Positions 24,073 to 37,242 of a DNA stretch of 64,000 nucleotides are shown here, one piece after another. The DNA comes from Azolla caroliniana (Eukaryota; Plantae; Polypodiophyta): NCBI GenBank assembly GCA_043228905.1, contig JBHGNT010000015.1:15996001-16060000 (forward strand), in the 5' to 3' direction. Numbering within the stretch: position 1 is the first letter of the stretch; each line of letters begins with the position of its first letter. Under the pieces are notes generated by a model. The model saw only the letters and a list, made by a program, of their open reading frames with translations. It searched no databases and was not told the origin of the DNA. A program made the position numbers and the translations under genes.

Positions 24073-25849
24073 AATCCCTTGTCCGCGCGCGCTACTAAAG
24101 TCATGAAACTATATGCTATTCTAGATTATATTGTAATGGGCGCTCGACCCCCAATTGTGACTCTGTGTGTAGAGTTGCGAAGAACATGACATGAAACGTA
24201 TTAGGAATCGAAAATACTAATGGTGGTGAGCAATCAATATTATATAGATCAAGTCGAGAATGGTTAAAGGGTGTTTGACCAAACTTACCAACCCGTGGTT
24301 CTCCAATGTAGCTGCTATTCTCAGAGACGGCCGGAAGTCGAGAGATAGTGAAGCACAACATTTCTTTTATAAATCTCTGGCTGGAGGTTAGGTTCTTCTA
24401 CACACAAAAAACTAAAACCCTTAAACATAAACCGAGAGGCAAATTCAACACTACCATATCGTCTTGTCAACAGGTATAGCTTTACCCGCCGTCAAAGGAC
24501 AAGTGTCGAACATAAAATACCATTGAATATTACCCGAGAGAAGAGAGCCTTTCCTCGCCATTAGAGTCTTGACAATATCTCAAGATGCCATAGTGAACAG
24601 GGTAGCAAGTCTCGATCACCTAAAGCTCCTAGATGACGACCCACGATAACTAGTTTCCCAACTATTGTACATTTAAAGCATTAAAATTAGCTTACGAATC
24701 AATTCTTCGAGCTATTCCTAAAACATACTCCGTGTTTTCGAAACATTGCACTATTGCAATCATAAATAAAAAGCAGGGATGTTAGATCTAAGGACATGCT
24801 TCTTCTCCCAAGTGGCGTCATGCATAGTTCAATCCAACCATTTGACTTTGATTTTAAAGTAATCTTCAAAAAAAAAATTCTAGCAAATGAGGTTTAGAAG
24901 AAAAATCCTTGTGAATTACCATATCTTTTATGGTGTGTGTTGTTATCAAAACCAAGCAGTTCTTTTAGGTGACTAGCATGAAAACCAAGATGAAGGTCGA
25001 CACCATCAAGAAAATTGTAATTGTAAGTAGATGAAGCAATATGTTTTGCTCAAAGATCCACAATAGTATGAGGATATTTTAATACACTTACTCATAGATA
25101 AAGTTTTGGAATTTGAGGGTACACTCAAAATGACTTTTTAGTATGGTTAAGAACATGAGGATGCCTATTATAATCATCATAAAAACATACTCTATCTTGA
25201 GCATACTAGCTTTGGTATAGAGAGTTCATGCCACAAAAAGGACATGGGCAATGTAGTATTTATTAAATACTTAATGAAATCATTAACTTATTGGTAATTA
25301 GACCAAAATCATTTATGAATCTTTAGGGTGTTATATTCTTTGATTGTGCAAATCACCCTTGGATCTTTAGGCTATGCTCATCTCTCAAACTTGCCAGGTA
25401 AATATGACGGGAGGGGGTAGAACTTATCTAGATCAAGAATATGTTTATAGAGAAAATGTGTTCTCTTTATCCTCGAGAGTGTCATCTGATGATACTAGCA
25501 TTCATGCTCCTACATGTTGTGTCTTCCTTTTTGAGTATATTACATTATTTCAAGTATTTTTCAAAACTTTTAACCCTAGGCCGTCTTCCTTATATACACT
25601 AGAGAATTTACGTGCCCCATTTTCCGATAACCAAAATTAATTTTTTTACTATTCTTGGGACGATGAAATCTATTACAAGATTTTGGAGACTTAACATGCC
25701 TCGGGCTATTGTGGTTCCACCATGTCATAGCCGGCATAAAAAATCCTCTCAACTCTCGCCTTTGAGGGAATACCTATCGGGCTCAAGGTTTAGCCTAATG
25801 GTAAGGAGTTGGACCAAATTATTCTCATCCTTGCTCTTCACCTTCGTTT

Positions 25850-26230
25850 ATGCTAACCCATTGTCTACCGCCTTCGTCTTCATGCAAGTTGTCATATGTA
25901 TGGCTCCCAATATAATTGGGTGAGAGGATGATTCTTGTACAAAGAAATGTTGGTTCTATTTTCACATCCCTAACCTTCACCATAACATTTGGACAAGACC
26001 CATGTAGCTCCTTAAAGGCTCTTCACCTTTGCATATCCCAACCTATTGTCTACCATCTTTGTTTCCATGTGAGTTGTCGTAATGTATGACTCTCCCAATA
26101 TGATTCGTTGTGAGGATGATTCTTGTATGAAGAAATGTTGGTCTATTTTCACATCCCAAATTTTCACCCTAACATTTGGACAAGCCCCATGTAGCTCCTC
26201 CCATCCATGCTTGGTGTTGATCGATGTTTC
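25850..26230 (-). pseudogene. Tandemly duplicated protease fragment of the Trp-primed Gypsy family
   Basis: ORF 26012-26530 contains EELHGACPNVRVK...IDQHFFIQE. A second diverged copy lies at about 25850-26010. Confidence 0.7.
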
Positions 26231-26895
26231 GTAAATGCGCGAATGTGCTACTCGAGTGGAACCTGAATGAGGGAGGATGTGGTGCAAGAGGAGGAGACAC
26301 TTGAGTTTTCCTTGAGGAACATTCACAAGGTGTAGGCTAATAGGGCGAAGTCTCACAAGGCAATTGCTCAAACGAGAATGCTTGCCCAACAAAGCCTCAT
26401 GAGGCAAAGGCTCATGAGGCCAACGTTGGGAGGCAAAGGCTCGTTTGTTTGCCATCGCTTCACTTTCTCTAGGGCTCTCTCTGACACAACAAAGAGTAGG
26501 TGTGGTTAACACTTGATTAGTGTGCAACACACGATATTAGGTATTAAGACACTTGATTTTAACTCTAATAAAACAATATTTGAGACCCAAAATCACTTGA
26601 TGAGACGAGAATGTGCATTTTTTACAAATGGATCACCAAATATTACCATGAATATGGTGGCTTTTACAAGATTAATAGGATTATCAAGAAACGAAATGAC
26701 AAGGAGCGGTCGAGCTTCCGGTGTAGATCCAAGTTTGGTGGTGTCATTGGGACCTCAACTACTATTGAGCACAACAATGCCTCTAGTCAAAGTAGCCTTC
26801 TAAGGCCACTTGATGCTCCTTCTATAGTGAGGGAACGAACCAAACCATTTTCTTTGAAGCATTTCATCCACAATTATTTCCGTGGTGGAGAAGAA

Positions 26896-28596
26896 TGTTA
26901 GAAATATTGAGAATCTATTAGATAAACATATAGAGTTACAATCACAAAGATGTATCTATGAAAACAAACTTTCTATTACTGTATATGAGAGTAGCTCACA
27001 ATGGTAGTCCACCCATGCGCTCACACCTTAGAGCAGATGGGATATGGACCAGCCAACTACAAAATTAATGGGGACGAATAATAATCACAACTATGTATAA
27101 GAGATAGAGAGAGTAGATTATATTCTCTGTTTGGTCTCAGTGTCACATTAAATGTGCACATCAGTTTATAGTAGTGGACATATTCCTTTCTATCAATTGA
27201 CTTTTCATTTAATATGACCCAACTCCCTAGATATAAGCTAATACTACATAATATTTATCTCAAAGTCAATGACACACAATTCAAGCCTGAGTACATCGTA
27301 ACTTGCCCACAGAATATTATTCTAGTCGACTTGACTAGTCAATCCTATTACCCTACTTCCCTCTTTCATAAATACATTCAATCATACTCATCTACAATTT
27401 CCTACATTGACACCTTATCAACCCATATGGTTCGGTTGCACAATAGTTACTCCTTATTTGGGGCGCTATCACAAAATGTCCACTCTAATAGTACATATGG
27501 GGATAAAATCAAAAAGTTGGGGATGATCATTGATTATATCTAACACGCCCCCTCAATGGTCAACCCATTGAGTTGACTTCGAATCGGGCCAACTCCTAGT
27601 TGTCGAAAATGTTGTTATAGATGTTATGCTCCAAGCGCCTTCGTGAATATGTCTGCAACATTTTATGATGTTGGACAATACTCAAGCTTTATAGTCTCGT
27701 TATCTATTAGCTCCCTCACATAGTGATACTAAATCTCTATGCGTTTAGTACGTGCATGAAATACAGGGTTCTTGGTAATGGCCATGCAACTCTTATTGTC
27801 ACACCTCAATATTGTTGTTGTCCTCATTTGAACCACCACATCCATAAGGATTCTTCTTAAACAAACTACCTTGCATGCCACTTTGAATTCCAATGTTTGT
27901 TAGTTGCTTTTTACTGCTCCATGAAACAAATCCAGAACCCATTGAAAAAAATATATCCAGAAACTAATTTTCTAGAATCAATATCTCCAACACAATTGGA
28001 ATCGCAAGACCCATTAAGTCCATCAATTGTTGGCTTGTAGAAGATTCAATTATTTAAAGTACCCACAATGTACTTTAATACACGTAGGGTAGCTTTCCAA
28101 TGAGTCTCCTTTAGCTTGTTGCTAAATCAATTCACCATTTGTTGCACCTCCTTATGTCAACCATTGGTGAAGGGTCTTCTTAGGATAGCTTGTAGTTTGA
28201 CTCCATTAGAGTCAACTTTGACTTGTTGTCCATCATCCCAAAGGTCTTCAAGATCTCGATTGCATACTTTCTTTGTGACATGAAGATAACAACCGAGGTT
28301 TGCCAAACCTCAATCCCAAGGAACTAGTGTAGAATCCCCAAAGTCCGTCATTTCGAACTTAGTTTTCAAACACTCGTGTTTGGCCAATACACTCTTCATG
28401 GTCAACGATAAGTACTAGATCATCCATGCAAATGACGATGATGACTTGTTTCCCATCCTGTTATTCTAACATACATTTCATGCTTGCTTTAAACCATACA
28501 ATGCCTTCTTTAGCTTGTAGACTTTGTTTTCTGCGGCATCTCAAACCCTAGTAATTTTGTCACATATACCTCCTCTTTGAGATGCCCATTTAGAAA
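26896..28596 (-). mobile_element. Old Copia-C: 3' LTR (26896-27545), PPT, degenerate RNase H/RT; continues at 47586-47750
   Basis: TGTTA...TAACA LTR, PPT cgccccctca at 27546. The RT motif MDVKSVFLNGHLKEEVYV is restored when Copia-B4 and one AGAAA TSD copy are removed. Confidence 0.8.
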
Positions 28597-31459
28597 TGTA
28601 AAAGATTATGTGCGGAAGCAAGTAGAAAACCAAACACAAAAACACAGGTTTAATGGAAAGCTTTATAGTACGCGGGAGAGACAAAGAAAGAGTAGAACAA
28701 GTTAAGTCTATTACAAAGCAATAATCGTTCTCTGTACATAAGACGTGCTCAACAACACTATTTATACAAGTCCTAAGAGGACTGACAGAAGTACCGTGTA
28801 CTTCAATGCTCATACGAGTGTCTGACACTAACTACGAGACAATTAACTACCTAGTAGTCTAGGCTACTACTAGGCTTCCGGTTACACTATTTGATCCAGC
28901 TAACCGGCTCCCCAGCTCACTGGCTCGCCGATCCGTCTCCATCCTTCCGGATGCCGATCCGGCTCAGGCTTATTCAGCCGATCCGGACCTAGTTGAGCTT
29001 GCCGCTCAACACTACCCGTCAAGCTCAACTTGAGGTCGGATCGTAGTGTCAGTCTCCATGGCAACCGATCATTCCACCCGGCTTCTTCGGGCGTCACTCC
29101 GCCTCGATCGCGCTCCTCGTTCAGTTCGGTCCCGTTTGCTGCGACCCTTTTGATTCTGCCCACCTCGACCTCCTTGGTCGGCTTGTCTGCTCAACAAACC
29201 TAATTCAGCTCCCTCGTTGCTGTGACTTCGGCTCTTGCTGATTCGCCGATTCCTTCATGTTGGCGTCGAATTTCTCTACCTTCTTGTCATTTTGGCCTTG
29301 AATTGATCCGGTTCTTCCGAATCCGTCTGTTGAACCGAATCAGCTGTCTCCGATTCATTCCAGCTCTTGTCCGAATCTATTGCTCCCAATTCGTCTTCCA
29401 GTTCCAGGCCCTTCACCACATCGAACCATGTCCGGTTCTTGGCCTTCTTCTTCCGATTGGCTCTGTCCTTCTTGACTCTACCGCCTCTGCTGCTTGTTCC
29501 GACTTGTTCGGATTACTCGGCTCCTTTCTTCTTCTTGTCTCTCCCCTTGTTGATTCTTCCCTTACCAGCGCAATTGACAATCTCTTTGCCTTTGCCTGTT
29601 ATAGGGTCTTTGCACGTTCTCCCCCTCAAGAGTGGCATGTCGAGATGCTGAACACCAAGCATTTCGGTGAAGTGCTGTAACTTGTCCGATCCAAGAGGTT
29701 TGGTGAAGATGTCGGCAACTTGCCAATTCGTATGAACATACCGAAGTTCGACTTCACCGCTCAGGACACGCTCCTGCACGAAGTGGTAGTGCACTTCTAT
29801 GTGCTTTGTGTGAGCATGGAATACAGGGTTCTTGGCGAGCTACATGCTGCTTATGTTGTCACAATAGATCAGGATCGGGGTCGTCACCTCGATTCGCAGG
29901 TCCTGCAACAATCGCTGAAGCCAAATGGCTTCACAGGTGGCAATGGTAGCGCCTTGGTATTCAGCTTCAGTGCTCGAAAGGGCCATTGTTGGCTGCTTTT
30001 TGTTGCTCCACGCAACAACCGCTATCGCGTTGTTACACGCGTGCGTGGAGAACGAGGCGGGACCATCGGGGTCTTGGACCAAGAAATAGCTGAGAAGGAG
30101 GAGAACGGAAAGGCAACGTGCGCACTTGCACACACACAGACACGAGAGCACACAGGAATCACAGTCCAACAACACAGCAAAACGAGACAACTAGAAGTTC
30201 GAGTATATGAACACGTATGTGTATAAATATATATATATATATCAAGATGGTTACAACTAACAGGCCAGCAAGGCGAACACCACCGCCTGTTCACTCACAC
30301 ACATAGAAGAGCGGGATGGAGACTCTGCCGACACGGGCGTTCCACGGAGCAGAGTCAGCCTCCCGAAAACCTGTGCAAAAATGGCAATGGAGAGTTGCAA
30401 AGGAGAAGGGCTCTCTAACACGCGATACCTTTTCCATTCCTCTCCCTCTCTTTTGTAGCCCAAGGAGGGAGGCCGTTATCATCCGTTACATCACATTAAT
30501 TCTCTGACCTTTCAGACAGAGATACACCTCGATTCTCTCCCTATTGAATGCGTGCTACATAGGATTTCACCTCAGCCGACTTGTACCTACCTACTTACCA
30601 TACAACGAAAGGTGTGCTCACGTGTAAGGGCTGGTTTACACACGCTAAACTTGGTTTCCGCCTAGGGACAGTTTTCTTCACGACATCCGCCCCCACCTAA
30701 TCGCGTATCCACCGGTATGCGCCAAAATTGGGCTCTTGTTGTAGAAAACCAGTCCATGCTTTACTCCTCGTCTTCCGGATCGTCATCCGCCTCGGACCGC
30801 CCGTCGTCGCCGTTCATGCTTTCCAGATCCGGCTCGCACTCGTGTCGTTTCTTAAACGCTTTGACCCTCTTCCCCGCTACCGGTATTGCCATCCTCATAT
30901 CGTCGAGCTCCGCAAGATGGTAGGTCCCGTTGTCGTTGGCGCCTGTCACCACGTAAGGCCCGAACCACCTCCTTGGAAACTTCCGCATTGCCCTGTGCTG
31001 GTTGTCGAGGCTGTTGTCATACACTAGGACCCAGTCGCCTTCCTCGATTTTCTTCGGTCATAGTCGGTGAGTCAGGTCAAACTGCCCTTTGTTCTTCATC
31101 CTTACCAACCAAAGCTTCTCCGCGGCTTGTGCCACGTCCTCCGGCCTTCGCTCGAGCTGTTGAATCCGTGCCACTAGCACCTCCTCCCGGCTCATCTCAT
31201 CTCTCCAGTCCAGCGTGGCCCATGAGGAGATGGTTCACTTTGTTGGCATGATCGGCCTCTATTCGTACATAAGCTCTGACTTGATGTACGCTATCCACCT
31301 GAGCATTGCCAGGTTCGGCGTCGCGCATCCGGAAACCATGCCGAGAATCGGTAGGCAGTCTGTCTCGATTATTACCTCTGTCCCGATCAGATAGTCTTTA
31401 TCGGCCTTCACCGCCGAAACGATACCCCAGAGTTTGCGTTTAACTTGGGCGTATCCTCG

Positions 31460-32998
31460 CTATTGCTCACTGAGGACCTTCACGCCGAACCGGATGGGGA
31501 ACCACGTGCCAACGTCATCCTCTTGGTTGATCACCCATCCGATCCCGGTCGGACTCGTGTCTACGGTTACGTAAATCGGAGTGTCTTTGCCATAGATAGC
31601 CTTTCGGAGCGCCGGTGCCGTGGCAAGTGCTTCCTTCATCTTTCGGACTGACTCTGTATGCTCGTCTCCCCACTCGAATTTACGCCCTTTCTTCAACAAC
31701 CCATACAGCGGCTCCGCGACGTGGGCGTAATGCGGGATCCAGATATGGTAGAACGCGCATGCTCCCAAGAATCTCCGAACCCCCGTAACCGAATTGCAGT
31801 CATGCTTCATCGCGGAGATGGCTTCCACCTTGGCCGGAGACGGTTTCCGACCGTATGGTCCGCATAGGTGCCCGACGACCATGATCTCTGATTGCCCGAA
31901 GGCCGATTTTTCCCCGAAGAAGGTGAGCCTCGTGCCTTCTAGTCTCTGCAACACCTTCTCGCAGTCATCGATGTGAGTCGGCACGAAATTCCGACATCCG
32001 TCTAGTCCGATTGTCTTGTCCTTTTCCTCCCCCGGGCATCCCCTGATCGAGATGTCGTCTAAGAATGGCATGGTGATGTCCGGGATACAATTCCTGAGCA
32101 CTTTGTTCATCGCGTTCACCATGTGAGCCACCGAGTTCGTCCCTCCTTGTAGTAGGGTATACATCCGCACTAGGCCGAGAGGAGTCCGCATCGTCGTAAT
32201 GTCTCTACTCTCCACGGCTAGTTGGAACTGATCGTACCTCGAGTACAGATCACCGATAGAGTAAATCGACCTTCTGGCGAAGGCCTCCGCGAACTCGTCT
32301 ATGGTCGGTCCAATTCTTGCGTTACGGATGGTCACCTTGTTGACCGGTTGCAGGTCTTGAATGAAGCGCAACGTGCCGTTCTTCTTCGGCACCGTAAACC
32401 ACCGATTCGAATACGGGGCACTCGACGGTTCGAGGATGCCCATCTCCACCTTTTGCTTCAAAAGCTCCATCAACTTCGGGATGTGAGCTCTCGGCATTGG
32501 AATCGGTTTGAGATTCCACGGTACATGCGGTACCGTGAAGATCACCATCGGTTCAATGATCGTCGGGTCCACGCACCCGATCTCCCCCGACAAGAACGCG
32601 AAGGCTTTCCCATGCCTTCCGAGCATTCTTTGAAACCTATTCTCCTCTGCCGGCAGTAGAAAGCCACCCCCATTGACCTTGAGCTCCCGTAGCGTTATGT
32701 CGGTGAACCGGTGCCCTATGCCAGCCAAATTCCGTAAACTTGGGTCCGACGTGACCCCTTTTATCCGCTCCTCGCTGCCCTCCGGCAAGGGTGGCACGAC
32801 CGGCCTCATCTTCCGATCCACAGTCTTGTACTTTGTACCCACGCGGGCCGTTCGATCCGACCTGATCCTTTCCCCGAAGTCCGCGATGACTTCGTACATT
32901 CCCATCGATCCTACCGGAATGGTCCAGTCTTCTCTAAGGTCTTCACCGATCACCTTTCGCAACTTGCCCAAGGTGTCGTCAAAAGAGACCGCCTCCAC
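31460..32998 (-). pseudogene. Gypsy RT and N-terminal RNase H ORF (512 aa)
   Basis: SNRWFTVPKKNGTLRFIQDLQPVN, DLYSRYDQ, QGGTNS, PFLDDI, VDTSPTGIG. Confidence 0.88.
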
Positions 32999-35304
32999 GA
33001 CGCGGCTAATCTCTTCGTCGGGGGAGAGGACTCTGCATCCCCTGAGCCGCTGCTCTGCTCGCTTCCTTTTCCGGCCCTTGACGCCGGCTATAGTACAACC
33101 TCCGTTTTCGGAGAACCAAAACTTCCTACCTACTATACATGTGTGGGGTTCTTCCGGTACGTCTGGACTACCATGGCCCCACGCCTTGATAGCCCTCTCT
33201 AAAAATCCCCTCGACTGTAGCCGCCGAGGGTCTCGTGATTCCTCTCATGGTTCGGACGTACGGTCATGAATTGGACGGAATGCCAACCGTCCTGGCTCTT
33301 GACGCGCGCGTACGCCAAACTGTTGTCCAACACCTTCGTCTCCATGTGTGCTACCGTAATGTATGGTTCGCCGAGAATCACTGGGTGGGAGGATGTTTCC
33401 TGCACGAAGAAATGTTGATCTATCTCGACGTCACTGACCTTTACGTGTATATTCGGGCACACACCATGCAACTCCTTCATAGCACGCGTCGCCACACGTA
33501 TCTTCCACCCATGCTTGGTGTTGATTGGCCATTTACCCCTCTTGTAGAAATCCATGGACATCAGGTTGATTTCGGATCCATGGTCTACCAAGGCCACCAC
33601 CAGTTCCTGGACATCTCCAATCTTCGTGGTCGCTCTGGCCCAATGCGGCCTTGAATAGTGGCTCTCCGCCAACTCGTCTTCTAGCGCCATGTCCTCTATG
33701 TGCGTCGTTCACACTTCCACCAGCTTCTCCGGCGCTGGCTCTGTCGACAACCTCTTCCTCTTCACCAAGTCTACGATGGAGTCGTGGAACTCCTTCTTGG
33801 CGATCCCGAGCACTTCCTTCAGCGACAACTCCACTTTTCGTAGGTCCGTGGTCCTTTCGATTTCCGTGCTCAACCGGTACCCGGCCTTCTTGGCTTTATC
33901 TGGTGCGCCGGTCGCACCGGCCTCATTCTGCCTTTGACCGAACCGGGTCTCGTACCGTTGCGAGGGCCCGGCCCCTCCGGTTTTACCTACTCGCTTGTCG
34001 TCCACCAGAGCCTTGTAGTTCTGGCATGCGGCTTCAACGAAGCCCGTCTTCTCTTCGACCGGGTCACTCCACCCGGTTACCTCTCGGACCCGTTTTTCCG
34101 TGCGGTTCGCTTCTTCTTTCCTTAGCCGTGTGCCGACGAAGCCTTCTAGCATCGGTGGCCAGAATCCGGCTTTGTTCATCTTCCGGGCCTCACCACCTCC
34201 GACCCGGATCCCAACCGATGCCGAGTAGTGGACGGTTTCCGCATGGCGAGCCGCCGCTTCTTCCATCAGCCGTTTCATACCCCCTCGTCTGACATTCAGG
34301 TCTAGGGCCCTTTGGGTCTCGCTAGCGTGCACCCGACCATTCCATAGGTACACCATGTTGGCTCTCATTGCCTCGGCGAAGTCCCCGCAGTCCTTCCGGA
34401 CGTGGCCGACCGCGTCACACCACAAACACCGGTTTCCAGCCAGAGGCCTTCGGTCACGGGCCTGTTCGCCACTGTCCCTCCGTGTTTGTGCAATCTGGAG
34501 GTCCTTTACCATCCTAGTTAGCTCCTCTAGAGCTGCTCCTCTGGACGAGCCTTTGACCATGCCGGTCGAAGTCGATTCAGTCTCGAGCCAGTCTTGGTCT
34601 CTTCCCTTCGCGCTGGCGGGGTTGGCTCGAGTTTCCTTGCTGCTATAGAGCCCACCCCTCTTGATCCTTTATCGACCCACTCTCGCCGTTTGTCAAAACG
34701 GCCACAGACTCTCTTCACCACGGCCTAGTCGGCCGTTAGCCCGTCATCAGTCTCCAGCAGGAGACCCACTTGCTCCCGGTCCCTCGCATCCACTGACTTA
34801 ATGAATAGCAAGACGCGACTTGTGTCGAGTATGGTCCGGTCGAGCGCCGAAAGATGCGCAAAGCGTTCTTCAAACTCCCGGAGGAGCACTGACGTGTTTC
34901 TCCCCTTTTCGGGGGTCTCTACCAATTTCATGAAGTCCCGTTTCGAGAGCCGAAGCGCGTCATCAAGCCCGTATTTTTTGAGGAGCTGACCTTCAAACTC
35001 TTCCCAGGTTCGGCTCTCAGCCCGTACCTCGAGCACCTCTGCATGGATGCCCGTCATCGCCACCCGAAGGAATCCGGTCAGTCACCTTTCTTCCGGAATG
35101 TCTCTCATTACCATCTCGGCATGGTAGGCCTCCAAATAGCTCGTGGCGTCCTTCCCACCGAACCGGCCTATCGTGCCGATGACTGCTTCAATAGCCCTAT
35201 CGAGGGCGCTTGCGCCTTCGCGTGCACTCACTATCTGATCCACAGCCGAAGCCATGGCTTCCGCGAGATCCGACCCCTTCATCTTTCTATTCCTCTGCCG
35301 CCTG

Positions 35305-35322
35305 TTCACGTCGGGTTCACCA
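35305..35322 (-). promoter_or_regulatory. Primer-binding site complementary to the 3' end of tRNA-Trp
   Basis: The + strand reads TTCACGTCGGGTTCACCA, matching my recollection of the last 18 nt of plant cytosolic tRNA-Trp. It lies 4 nt from the LTR end. Confidence 0.85.
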
Positions 35323-35524
35323 AATATGTCGCTTGTTACGCGCATGCGTGGAGAACGAGGCGGGACCACCGGGGTCTTGGACCGAGAAATAGCTGAGAAG
35401 GAGGAGAACAGAAAGGCAACGTGCGCACTTGCACACGCACAGACACGGGAGCACACAGGAATCACAGTCTAACAACACAGCAAAACGAGACGACTAGAAG
35501 TCCGAGTATATGAACACGTATGTG

Positions 35525-35557
<33 letters not shown>

Positions 35558-37242
35558 CAAGACGGTTACAACTAATAGGCTGGCAAGGCGAACACCGCCG
35601 CCTGTTCACTCACACACAGAAGAGCGGGTGGAGACTCTGCCGGAAGCACACGGGCGTTCCACGGAGTAGAGTCAGCCTCCCGAAAACTTGCGCAAAAATG
35701 GCTATGGAGAGTGGCAGAGGAGAAGGGCTCGGTCCCAGTCTGGCAGCACTTCGTCCTCTCTAACGCACGATACCTTTTCCATTCATCTCCCTCTCTTTTA
35801 TAGCCCAAGGAGGGAGGCCGTTATCATCAGTTACATCACATTAATTCTTTGTCCTTTCGGACAGAGATACACCTCGATTCTCTCCCTATTGAATGCGTGC
35901 TACCTAGGATTTCACCTCAACTGACTTGTACCTACCTATTTACCATACAACGAAAAGTGTGCTCACGTGTAAGGGCCGGTTTACACACGCTAAACTCGGT
36001 TTCCGCCTAGGGACGGCTTTCTTCACGACACCGCACTACCAAGGGAAAACATATAGCCAGAGGTGGATCGACGATCCGATGCATCGCCGGCCCAGTTGGC
36101 ATCGGTGTAGCCGACGAGCTCTTCGGTTATACCATGCTGGTATAATAGTCCCCGGTCCTTCGTGTCGTTCACATATCGCAAAATTCGATGCACGAATAGA
36201 AGGTGCCCCACAGACGGCTTCTGCATATATTGGCTGATCACGCCGACAGGATAGTTGATGTCGGGTCGGGTGATTGTCAAATATATAATGCTTCCGACGA
36301 TTTGTCGGAATTGTTTCTCATCGCATGCCAGTCCGGAGTCGGGACGAAGCTTCTGGTTCCGGTCCAGGGGTGTGGAGATTGGTCGGCATTCCGTCATGCT
36401 GAACTTGTACAACATATTCAACACATAGTGTCTTTGTGAGAGCAATATGCCATCGGGGGTTTGGATCACCTCAATCCCAAGGAAATAGTGAAGGTCCCCC
36501 AGGTCCTTCATCTCAAATTCGTCTGATAGTTAGGACTTGACTCGGCTGATTTCATCGAGTGCGGGTCCGGTGATGACTAGATCATCAACATACAATAAGA
36601 TGCAAACCGAACCGTGTGGACCTTTCCGGATAAACAACGAAGAGTCAGACTTGGAGGCCACAAACCCCATCTTACGCAACCGGTGCATGATCTTCGCATT
36701 CCAAGCTCGAGGGGCTTGCTTCAGGCCATAAAGTGACTTCTTCAACCGGCATACCGCCGACTAGTTCATCTCCGTCTAGAAACCGGGAGGTTGGGTCATA
36801 AAGACCTCTTCTTCAAGATCGCTTTGAAGAAATGCATTCTTCACGTCCATCTGATGAAGATGCCACTCCCTTGCCATAGCAACCGCCAGCACCACACGAA
36901 CCGTTGTCATCTTCGCTACTAGAGCGAAGGTCTCGTCGTAGTCGATTCCGTGGGTCTACACATATCCCTTTGCCATTAACCGGGCCTTGTACCGGTTAAT
37001 CGATCCATCGGCATTGTACTTTACTTTGTACACCCACTTACATCCGATCGGTTTACAGTGTCAGGGAGGGTAAACTAGGTCCCATGTGTCGTTGGCATCA
37101 AGTGCCCGCATTTCTTCCTCCATAGCAGCACACCGATTTGCATCCTTTGCCTCTTCTGCGTAGCTCTCCGGCTCATGCACTTCCGCCACCCTGGTCATGT
37201 ATGCATAGTGATGCGCCATGTACACATTGTACCCATACCGTG

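Larger units (their letters stand above)
30023..36030 (-). mobile_element. tRNA-Trp-primed Ty3/Gypsy element, integrase core deleted, 4-bp TSD
   Basis: LTRs at 35327-36030 and 30023-30685, TSD CCGC (30019-30022 / 36031-36034), PBS 35305-35322, PPT GGTGGGGGCGGA. gag has CLWCDAVGHVRKDC, protease VDHGSEINL, RT ORF 31460-32998 (PFLDD), integrase C-terminal WFGPY ORF 30761-31024. Confidence 0.92.

Noticed and set aside
24360-25850. Additional gene upstream of CuAO
   Set aside because: Only short ORFs with no recognisable motifs or consistent splice pattern; probably old TE debris that I cannot classify.
29222-29680. Hydrophobic env-like ORF near the Copia-B 3' end (also 14553-14888 and 49116-49754)
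   Set aside because: Antisense of the purine-rich charged extension, which automatically gives Leu/Phe/Ser-rich translations; boundaries are not conserved between copies.
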